Assembly (NCBI GenBank): GCA_013239625.1
Contig: MU053652.1
Span: 3,213,902-3,277,901, forward strand
DNA from: Lama guanicoe
Lineage: Eukaryota
Direction: 5' to 3'
DNA length: 64,000 nucleotides
The notes below the pieces were generated by a model. That model saw nothing but the letters and a program-made list of their open reading frames with translations, did no database searches and had not been told where the DNA came from. This document shows, one piece after another, positions 25,305 to 35,600 of the stretch (the stretch's first letter is position 1; every line of letters starts with the position of its first letter). The position numbers and the translations under genes are program-made.

Positions 25305-27344
25305 CTGTAGGAAAATCAGACACCAGGGTAAGCAGCTGCGTGACCCTGCACACACTTCTACAAGCCCCTGGCTGGTAACACAGGTAGGGAATTTCTGTAT
25401 CACATGGTGACTACCTTGTCCTCCACATCAACCATGGCAGAAGCCTCACCAAGGAGAACATAAATGCACTCTGCCTGCTATGGCAGTCACCACATTTGCC
25501 CACCATTCTAATTTTAAGGGAAAAAAACATTATTTTAATATGTAATCTTCCCCCTCAACTTCCCCCAGCTTTAACCCCACAGCCCCTCCCCTTGTGCTCT
25601 TCAAAAGACCTGCTGTAGAGGTTTTATGTAAAGTAAAAGGATGATAAGTTTTGTGCATCTTTTCTTTAGCTTTTATCAAGGCTTGGAGGGGTGGGGGAGA
25701 GTGCAAATTTCCTCCATATTTACTCTAAAAGCTCTACCACCTACCCACTGCCCCCCCACCAGTAAAATGTTTTACATATATGTGTATTTTTTATATTAAT
25801 GTTTAAAAAAACAAAGATGCAGTAACACCATATGTCCTTAAGCAGAGAGCTGCTCTTGATTTTTCAATATTTATCAACCCTCTGACTCCAGTGAAGCCTC
25901 GTTTGGTACTGGATTTGAGCTGAGAAACTGCTCAGGGTAAAAAGTCTATGAGAGTAAGACTGCAGGTGCACCGTATATTCCAACATAAGCAGCTTTGTCA
26001 TGACCCTGAATATCTAATCTCTCAAGAGGTCAGGGCAGAAGATTATATTTCTGCTTTTCTTAGCAGACTCTTGAAGCTCTCATTTATTTAATTTCTTACG
26101 ACTCCCCTTCCTCCCACCCCCCTCCCCCAAAAAAGGGCAGAGCATCTGGGAATTGATTTTGTTGGGGGAGGAGAGCACTAATACACACACCCAACCTTCC
26201 CATGCCCAGGACGTCAAAGTTCCACATCAATTTATTTACAATGACAAGTGCTAAACAGGAATTAGAAACAATTCTCTGTGACTCCTGATGGTCACCAGGG
26301 AAAGAATTACCAATAGAATGGAAGTTTCTCTCAAATAGCCGGAATGGAAATACCTTCTAAAACTAAAATAAGGGCTGTCCAGAACACAGAACTACAAATA
26401 AGGGGAATTAATGGTTAAAGTCCCAGTGGAAATGCCTTTGTGTCTGTACACACACCCTCTACCATATTACCTGTAATCTGGCCAAGATCCCTAACAAGCT
26501 AATCCAGCTCACGAAATATTTATTTATTTCAGAGTTTAAAAAAAGAACAAAAGTAAACCTGTGGTTTCACGTCATTTAGAAAAACTCAGTTCCTTTGCCT
26601 ATTTTTTAGGCATCACTAGAGCAGTCTGTTTTCTTTTTTTTTCCCCCTCCAAAGTACCTACCCACAAAACAGACCTAGTGATTTGGTTCTACCTTTCAAG
26701 GTAATATTAAGAAATTATTTTTAAAGTGCCCCGAAAGTGATCATTATATCACAATATTCACCCTACAATTGTAGCAGGCTACATCCCAATATCTTCTTGA
26801 AAGATGAGATGACAAAAAAGTATTAAGTTTAAATTATCGTTTACCAGCGCTATCTGTCCTGTACTTCAGCTCATACCTTTTCACCTGCATATTTCATCAC
26901 TCCTTATCTCCCCCATACTTCTTATCTCATTCATTCCCGTTCCAGCCGAATATCTGCAATGACTCAGCAGAGAGCCTGGGAGGGGATAATAGGGGAGCGA
27001 GCAGCAGGAGGCTCCCGCGCTCCCAGGGTCGGGGGTGGGAGAGGAACACACTCCTCCCGGGGTGGGGGGGTGGGAGAGGAATACACTCCGCTTCTGGATA
27101 CCCTCCTCTCCCCACACTTCACACCGTCCTTCCCTTTTACTCGAGGAGAGCAGAGGCAACCCCTCAGGAAGTCGCCTTCCGTCTCAATTACCTCAATAAA
27201 AAATGTCCCTGACAACATTTTAGGGCTTTTAGTAGGGAAGCAATCAGGCACTTAGTAGGCAAAATGGATTAAACATTTTTTGACCAAAATGTCCATTATT
27301 TGATGAGCCCTGAGTCAAGAGTATAAATTCAGCAAACCTCCCGG

Positions 27345-27460
27345 AAATTAATGAACCTTTCAGAGCCTCAATTTCTTCATCTTGTAAATAGGAAAAAATA
27401 CACTCAAATCTGCATACTTTACAGCATTGCAGTGAGGCCATGAACTACTTTGTAAATCAC
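27345..27460 (+). mobile_element. MIR fragment
   Basis: cagagcctcaatttcttcatcttgtaaatagg. Confidence 0.55.
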
Positions 27461-27609
27461 TGCCAACAATTTGTGTGTAACATTATGGCAGTTTGGTCAA
27501 ATCATTCTCACTTGGGTGCTCATTACTAAAATGTCAAAAAATACTTACGCCTCGGTGGTAAGACACTGTTAAGTTCTAGTCACACCTATGCGGTTAACTC
27601 ACGCCACAG

Positions 27610-28280
27610 CGACACCAGGGTCTTCAAATCCTAAATCGCGGCAGGGTAATACCCAGGTCTTGAAATCCTAAATCACACCACTGCAACCCGGGGTCTCGAA
27701 ATTCTAAACCGCACCAAGGCGATGCCGGGATCTAGAAACCTTAAATCGCGTCAGGATGATATCGGCGATCTCCTAAATCATGCCAAGGTGAAACCCGGGT
27801 CTAGAAACACTAAATCGAGCCAAGGCGATGCCCGGAGTCTACAAATCCTAAATCGCGTCAAAGAAAACCCCAGGTCTAGGAACGCTAAATCGTACCAAGG
27901 TGGTGCGAAGGTCTAAAAATCCTAAATCACGCCAAGGCAATGCCGAGGATCTAAAAATCTTCAATCGCGCCAGCGCGACGCAGGGTCTAAAAATCCTCAA
28001 TCACATCAGGGCGATGCCACGGTCTAGAAATCCTAAATTACATCAGAGTAATACCAGTGTATAAAAATCGGAGTCCAGAAATCCTCAATCGCGCCAGGGC
28101 GATGCCGAGATCTAAAAATTCTAAATTACATCACAGCAATACCAGGGTCTAAAACTCCCAAGTCACTCAGGGCAATGCTGGGGTCTAGAAATGCTAAAAT
28201 ACGCAGGGCGACGCCAGGGTCTAGAAACTCTTAATCACAGGAGAGCAATTTCTAAATCGAAGTCTAGAAATCCTAAACCA
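27610..28280. repeat. ~37-bp tandem repeat array, ~18 degenerate copies
   Basis: Approximate consensus GGGTCTAGAAATCCTAAATCGCGCCAGGGCGATGCCA. The CCTAAATC anchor recurs at ~27630, 27667, 27703, 27740, 27772, 27810, 27847, 27884, 27921, 27959, 27995, 28032, 28083, 28120, 28157, 28193, 28230 and 28272. Confidence 0.92.
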
Positions 28281-28542
28281 GGGAGATCAGGCGTTCCGAA
28301 CATTCTACTGTCTGCAGGCGACACATCCCCTCCCAAGTAGGTAGGTAGAGCGGGCTCAGAGGACAGATATGCACGCTCCCCGATCCCAGGAGATTTTCCC
28401 TCCACTGCAGGAGTCATGGTCTGGTAGCCCCAGTTCGGACCAAGTCCCACCCGCTAGCCCGCATCCAATTTGGGGACAGCGGCTCCAATCCAACCAGCCA
28501 CACGCACACACACACACACCCTGCGCGTGCCGCGGCACCCAC

Positions 28543-28568
28543 CTGCGGAGGCGATCTCGGCGCACCAT
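28543..28568 (-). CDS. MEST: MEST exon 1 coding part
   Basis: Perfect Kozak GCCACCATGG; MVRRDRLR(R), then AG/gtggg. The 12 exons sum to 1008 nt = 335 codons + stop. Confidence 0.96.
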
Positions 28569-28577
28569 GGTGGCGTC

Positions 28578-28586
28578 TTATCCCAT
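28578..28586 (-). other. Minimal uORF ATG-GGA-TAA in the MEST 5' UTR
   Basis: The - strand reads gcggcATGGGATAAgacgccaccATGG. Confidence 0.8.
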
Positions 28587-31500
28587 GCCGCCTGCACACC
28601 CGCCGGGAGCAAAGGGCGCGCCGCAGCACCCGCAGCCGCGCAGGGTCGGCCGGCAGCTGGGCGCAACCCACAGCTCGCGAGGGCTGCGCGGCCGCGGCAA
28701 GCCGCGAGCAGCTATCGGGGCGTGCGCTGCGGCAATGAGCGAGGCGCGGTTGCCGCAGAGGAGGCGCCGCCCGCCGAGAGGCGCCGGGATGCGCTGGTGG
28801 CCGCCGCAGCGCCGAGCGAGCGGGCACCGACTTTTAGAGCCCACCCGGGCCCCGCCCCTGACCCGCCCACTGCGCTGCAGTGCCCCTCCTGCTGCAGACA
28901 CCGCCCCTCCCTGCAGCCCCGCTCTGCTGCGAGGGTGAGGCGCCCCCTCCCACAAAAGCTCCTGCGGGGGCACCTTCAGGGGTGTTGACCCCTCCCATCA
29001 CCCCACTGCTAGCTGACGGCCCCCAACTCTAGCCTCAAGTTCTGCGGCAAAAATCCTCATCTGGCAATTAATGCCTCAGGAAAAGACCACAGACCCCTGA
29101 GACCCCAACACTCCCCTTAGACCACCCATAGGCCCCCCAGCCCCAGAGGTGGACGCTCAACCTCAAATACGGTGGACCCAAGGCTGCCGCTGTGGCACCC
29201 ACGCCAACAGGGGCTCTGAACTGCGCGAGTGGCCAGGCCAAAGCAGCGGTCGGCCAGCGCCCAGACACCTAGGTCCTTAACTACGGGTACCCACCAAGGG
29301 CACAGCCAAGGGCTAGGAAGCGACAAGCTCGACTGGACCTACCGCCCAACTAATCAGTGATTCATGGGGGCAGCCGCTCTGGAGCAAAAAGGGCCAAACT
29401 TGCGGGAAGTCTGGGCTTTCTCGCTCGGCTGCCGCAGCGCGGGCCCCTTTCCCCTGCGGCAGCGCAACGTGGCGGGCAAGCCAGAGCCCGGCCGCAGCCC
29501 TCCCGCGGCACCCGCTCCCAGCACTGGCCCGTCCCGCGCCAGAAAGAACAAATGGCACGATTATGAGACTAGAGCTCCCTTTACTTATGTAAGATTGAAT
29601 CACAATGTGAGGGCCCCAGTGGTACAGAAAAGAGGGAAGGATTTTTTTCCCTTCATCTATAATCCTTTAAAAAGCATCTATTACGCCTTTAAAAAGTATA
29701 GAGAATTACAGTGTCTGTGCTCGTCTTCTGGCTGTAAATTGAAATTCTGACGAACGTGCAGGCTGCGGCGGGCGAGCCAGGCAGCCCGAGCAGGGCCGGC
29801 TCCCTCCAGCGGGGGCGCTGCAGGCCTCTCTTCCGCTGGCGCCCGCAGGGGCCACCCCGCTACTCCGCTCCTCCAGCGCGGGCAAGCAGGAGTCTGGACA
29901 TCTGGGCAAAACGCCGGGCTGGGCGAGCCCACCGGGCACCTCAGCGCGTCAGGGAGCTGAGGGCCACCAACCAGACATAGAAGAAACCACCATTTATAAG
30001 CGTGTCACCAAAATGTGTGGCGCGGTCCAGGGTACGCTTCTACTAGTCTCGATTCAGAGGGTCATGAAACCAATGTTTATTTAGCACCTCTTGCGCCCTA
30101 AGGGGCAGGGATGCAAAGACGAAGGAGAAACAGCCCCTGGCTCCACAGCAAGATGCTGACCATCCGGTGGGGATACCACCCAAGAACTGTCGCTGCTTAA
30201 ATTTCCCCTTTAATTTTCTTGCAGCATTTTGTGACAGGTTCCCCCCCCCCAACATGCAAGCCCCTCAAAGGCTGAGCCCAAGCATTATTCACCTTTTGTA
30301 TCCCCAGAGCCCGCCTCGGCGCTGGCCACAAAGCAGGCCCCTAATAAATACTGCATGAATAAGTACAAGAATTTGAGGGCGCACAGGGGAGGAAGTAATT
30401 AAGGGGGGGGGAGGGTTGTCTTGAATGATGAATAGACATTTACCAGAGACAAAGAGCATTCCAACCAGAGGGGACCGCATTCGCGAAGCACTGGAGACCC
30501 AGGACCGCACAACCTTTGGGGAAAACTGCAAGTCCTTTGGGTTGGGGCGCTGACAGGGAAAAGATTAGGCTAGAAAGAGTATTTCATCCTAAGGAGTTTG
30601 CAATTTGTCCTAAGGAAAAAAGAGAAGCCACCGATGGATTTAAACCCTTTATGGCCTTAATTGGTTACTTAACGAAATTTAAATTACTTCCCTTAACAAG
30701 GGGAGGATTACCTCTCTTTACTAACCACCATCTTTTAAGGGCTGAATTAATTAATTAACAAAATTTAAATCGGTCCTTTCAACAGAATAAAGACTTTCCT
30801 ATTTTAACTATTAATAACAAACTCGGCATTATATTTTTTTCCATATTTATTATCAGTGGAACCTGAGTCCTACGAACAATTCCGCACTTTCATTCTCACC
30901 AGGCCAGAATCACCAACCTCCAAGATGAAGGCGATTTTGTATTTAATGGACTGAGTGCTCACAAAGGATCTTATTCTGAAAGCCCGGGAATATGTCCACC
31001 CACATGGAACAAGTGGGCAGACAGGAGGGAAGACCCCTGGGGGGAGGGCCGGGAGGCGGAGGGATCAAGGGAAGCTCTTGAAGACAATGGGAATCCTAAA
31101 TCAACACTCAGGAAAAACCCTCCTGGACAGAGTGCTAGGAAAAACCTCCTTGGAGAAGGCGGGATCGAGGTGGAGAAGAACTTCAAACCCGAAACTCGTT
31201 TAGGCGAAGGAAGCGTTCCTATTTGGAAGAACCTTCCAGCACAGAGGCAAAAACGTAGTGGATACTATGAGTGAGATCGGCCTGGCTAAAGCCCGGAGAA
31301 AATGCTAGCGAGAATGCCCCAGGAGCCAAACAGTTAATGGGTTTTCTAACTGTGCCTGACTTACAGAGAGAAGCTTCCTCCACCAGGGGAGAATCTGGCC
31401 CAAAGTATAAAAACCATTGGAGCGCCTGAGAAAACATGTAACCGAACATAAATCCAAAGCCTGCTTCTGGCTGGCACTCAGCGCACCCTTTCAGTTCTTG

Positions 31501-31849
31501 GATACAAACACCACCCTTGACCAACAGCACATGCAGCAGCATTCCCTCAAGCCGTAGCTTATCATACATTCCTGTCACATTCCAATTCTCACACAGTCCC
31601 ACATAATAAGGCCTCAGATTTACGCAAAGATGAGGGTAGAAAGCTTCGCATTTATCAGCTCATCGATGTGCAACAGCGGTGTGAGATCAGCAGGGCTGGT
31701 ACCACGGGTTCAACTATCTTATTTTTCGAACCCCAGTCTCAGGCCCGTAATATGACAAACACAAGGATATTTACAGAGAAGACAGGACAGAAGTGGGACT
31801 GCCACTTTCAAGCGCCGTAATTATCGATTCAAATTAACTAAAGAAGTTC

Positions 31850-32630
31850 AAGATGGGGGAAACCTGGTTGAACAGCAGCACATAAAGAGACTCAGGATTT
31901 TAGCCGACAGTGAGTCAATGTGATATGGCTCCAAAAGAGCCACTGTAGACTGTAGATATAATTAAAGAAGCACCCAGAAAAAGCTAATCCTGCTCTGTTC
32001 TGCTAGTTGGACTTCACAGAATGTATTTTATTCCACAGAGCAGATATTAAGAGACACATGAACAGAAATTTGTTCAGAGAAGATCGACTCAAATGCTTTG
32101 CCAGTTCTGTCACTGAAGGTGTAACAGCTCTCATATTTTAAGCTCCTACTACAGCATAAATCTTCACCCAATTTATCCCTAATTCTCATAATAACTCAGC
32201 TAGATGAGTATTTTCATCTACATTTTTCAGAGAAAGATACAGCAGCTCAGAGCACTGTTAGTATGTGATGGGGCTGGGAACTGAACGCAGATGTGTCTGG
32301 CTCCAAAGCTGGCGTTCTTTCCACTACCCCACACTGCCTCCCTGTTTAAAATAACCGGGCATGTTTAGTCGGAAGAAAAGAAGCCTTGTGGAGTGAGTGG
32401 AAGAAGGAAATGTGTTAGCAGTCCTCAAATATTTGTGGAAGCAGCATTAGACATTTTATTCTGTACGGCTCCAATGAGTGCAAATTGTAGAGAAACAGAT
32501 GTCGATTCAACATAAAGAATTTTCTAACAGTCGGGGGTGTCTAGAGAGACTGGGTAGCTCAGCCATTTTGAAACATGACAAGTTGGCGTTCACTAGGAGT
32601 CGGATGAATGCAGGAATGACCTTAAAGGTC
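31850..32630. mobile_element. Ancient L3/CR1-like remnant interrupted by a MIR (~32150-32335)
   Basis: aacagcagcacataaagagactcaggatttta...tcaatgtgatatggct is CR1-like. catttttcagagaaagatac...gggctgggaactgaac is a reverse MIR. Confidence 0.5.
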
Positions 32631-33479
32631 TTTTCCCATGTGATAAAAACTAAAGCTCAAAGAGGTATTAAAACTTGGCCAGGGTGACCCCTCCACTGAA
32701 GGGTCAAATCCACAACAAGATCTTCCCTGGTTGTCCCTCAGCCCAGAGCTCTTTGTACAACATGCTGTTCCATGCTGAGGGCAAGAAAAACTGAAGAAAT
32801 TATCCATACAATCACATCAACCTCCCTCTCTATCAATTTAGCCCATATATCCCCAAAGCAACTGGTGTCTTCCTCTTCAAGCTCATTTTTGGGTAAAAGT
32901 CTTTGGCTGAAAAAAGAGTTCAAAAGAAATGTGGGAGAGGAGAGAAGCAAGGGAGCTGAATAACCCATTAACCAGATAAGATAAACTTCACAGACAGCTA
33001 GCTGTTTCCAGAGATAACAGTATTGCTGGGTACCTCTAAAGTATCTTTACAAACCCAGTCCATTACTGGGCATATCCCATAATCCCACGTCTGGTACTGT
33101 TCTGCTGTTCCACACCTGGTGTACATCTTACACACTCACAGAGATAAATAGGTTGAAGGATTCGAAATAAAATCATATCTTACATTTTTATAGCTCTTTA
33201 CCCTTTCATGTGTAGTATCTCATCTGATGTTCACCACAGTCCTCTAAGGAAAACAGCTTTCTTTCAGACTGACAAGCAATTTCCTAGCTGCCTGGGTAAG
33301 AAAGGGCTACAGCCCACAACCCACTCTCCTTTCTTTTTTTCAACTACTTTCCACATTAAATTATCCCTCCAGCCTGGATGAGTCAACCAGAAGCAGGTGT
33401 TTCGCTTCTCCTCGATTTCTACCAACACCTCACACCTTCAGCTGTCCTCCCCCACCGTGCCCTCCAGTGCCCCCACCCT

Positions 33480-34300
33480 CGCCACTACAGCAGAGCTTTG
33501 TCCCGAATCCCGTTGCTACGCACTTGCTGGGCGCAGCCCCGCACTGGCCGCGACTCCGAGCGAAAACCACCCCGGGCCGGCGCCGTGTGGCCGCGCCCCC
33601 CACCCCTCTCGCCCGCGACACTCGCCCAGGCCCGAGTGGCTGCGACCTTCCCAACCACCAAGGATGTCCCAGAGCGGGAAGGCACAGCCTCCCGGGAACT
33701 CGAGACCCGTTTCCCTGGAGGGCTGGTCTAGCCGACTGAGTGATTCAATGTGGGAAGGGGAGTCAAACCTCGGGCGAGGGTTAGGGGACTTTGTATTCTC
33801 CGCCCCGAGGTTCTGGGAGATGTTGACCGAGGACCTAGCTCGCGTGGCCCTCGAGTGGCGCGCACACCTCGTGCGTTCACCCACCAACCCAGCGCAGCCC
33901 CGCACGCCCCAGCCTGTCCTCGCGGCCTCCTGGGCCACTATTACTCAAGGTTTGGCCCCCAGGATTGGTGTGGTCCACGCACACTAGCCACATACCCACT
34001 CATCGGGTGGGCTGGGAGGGTGAGGGTAGAGGGCCACTCCTTCCCGCCTGTCTCCTACCTCATTCAGGTAAGACCTGGGATACAAGACTCCATGTTTGGG
34101 GGACCTGGTTGCGCATGCGCTCCCTGCGGCTGGAGCTTCGCCTGACCGGTCTTCAGGGAAGACCCGGCCAAGCCACCGAATACCCGGCTCTGGGCTAGAG
34201 CGTCGCCACCTCGGCGCACCGGCCCATCGCCCCCGAGCCCACCCTGTGCTGCAGCTTTCTCCCTGCCAGGCGTGAGCGCCACCTATTGTGAAGGGTATGA
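33480..34300. promoter_or_regulatory. MEST: Upstream CpG island, probable alternative MEST promoter (non-coding first exon)
   Basis: CpG-rich island ~5 kb upstream of exon 1, with an NRF1-type palindrome TGCGCATGCGC (34110-34120). Position resembles the human upstream MEST promoter. Exon boundaries were not determined. Confidence 0.65.
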
Positions 34301-34469
34301 AATGGCAGGCCCCGCTTTGAATAAAGGATTGAATAAACGAATACACTTTTATACGGCCTAATCTGAATACTTTTACATGATATAGCTGAAGGCCAAAGGA
34401 GTGATATTTTGATAGTTATTAAGTCGGCCGAGATCTTTGGCGAGACTTCCACATCTCAGACATTACCCT

Positions 34470-35600
34470 AACTTCATAGTTATTCTAAAGACTCCCAAAT
34501 CTATGTCTCCAACCCTATCCTCTACCCCAAACCTTAGATCCATGTGTTTGCCTGTCTTCTGTTCTTCTTGACATGAATGGCACACACACATCTACTCAAC
34601 AAGGGCCAAGTTAAATTCACTACCCTTTCTCTGTCTCTTCCTTCCCACACTACAAACTGACCTCCCCCTTCCCTGGAATCTGAGCTTCCTTCCATTTCTC
34701 TGTCTTGCTTAATGGCATCGTTATCCACTCCAGTCTCCTACACTCAGTCACCAATACCTGTGGCATAATGGAATGAGGCTAAAAAGCCAGGCAGCCTTGG
34801 GTACAAATCTCAGCAAGTTCCTTCCTTCCCCTTCCTTTTCATCTTACCTCCCAAGTACCTTGATTTCATCCAGCCTCTCTACCCCTTCCCCTTGCTCAGT
34901 CCTCATTATCTCTCACCTGGACTACTGCCTCCTAAATGGTTTCCAGGTCTTCACCATCACACCATTCTAATCTGTCATTCACACACCTGCCAAAAGTGAT
35001 TTTTCTAAAATGCAAATCAGATCACATCTTTCTTCTTAAAACTTTTTACTGACTCCTGTTCCCAATGTTGAATCCAAGCTCTTCAGCTTGTCATGCAAAA
35101 CACTTCAAAATCTGGCTGTTTCCTTCCTCTAGAATCTTCCTTCTTACCGCTCCCACCTCACCTGTCCCCCTCCCCCCAAACTTCATAATCTGACCAAACT
35201 TTGCTAATTGTAGTTTCTCCCAAAACACTGTGGTTTCCATTCTCAATGCCTTTACACGTGTTCTTTCCCCTACCAATTACGTTCTTTCCCACCTCGGCTA
35301 CCCAAAAAAATGCCATTCTTCAAAACTCAACTTAGTTGTCACATCCTCTTGCAAGCTTTCCCCACAACCTTCCTACAGAAATATCACTCCCTCTGTGCTA
35401 CTTCTGTCCCTGGTACAAACATTTGTTGACCACTCTGTGCTAGACTCTGTGCTTAACTCCTCCTTATGTATATTATATTATTGAATTCTGATGATGATGC
35501 CATAAAAGAAGTATGATCCTAATTCTACCAATGAGAAAACTGAGGCTTCAAAAGATAAGGGAGTTCGCCCAAGGTTGCAGAGGTGGAGCAAAAATTTGAA
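34470..35600. mobile_element. L2 fragments followed by a MIR
   Basis: tctctcacctggactactgcctcctaaatggt...aaaatgcaaatcagatcac (L2); atgagaaaactgaggct (MIR, ~35530). Confidence 0.65.

Larger units (their letters stand above)
27600..30050. promoter_or_regulatory. MEST: MEST promoter/exon 1 CpG island, probable maternally methylated germline DMR
   Basis: Dense CpG. GC boxes at ~28851, 28862 and 28901. TATA-like CTCTAAAAG on - at ~28830-28838. About 12 TGCCGC/GCGGCA motifs. DMR status is inferred from human/mouse orthology. Confidence 0.85.

Noticed and set aside
27610..28280. The 37-bp periodic array as a CRISPR array
   Set aside because: Eukaryotic intron, no cas genes, and the 'spacers' are homologous to each other. 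It is a minisatellite-type tandem repeat.
28369..28988. Long overlapping ORFs (131-189 aa) on both strands
   Set aside because: Low-complexity A/R/P/G products expected in a GC-rich CpG island with few stop codons. Only the 26-nt MEST exon 1 CDS is supported.
33378..34346. 196-aa and other ORFs in the upstream CpG island
   Set aside because: Several frames are open at once because of GC content, and none has a recognisable domain.
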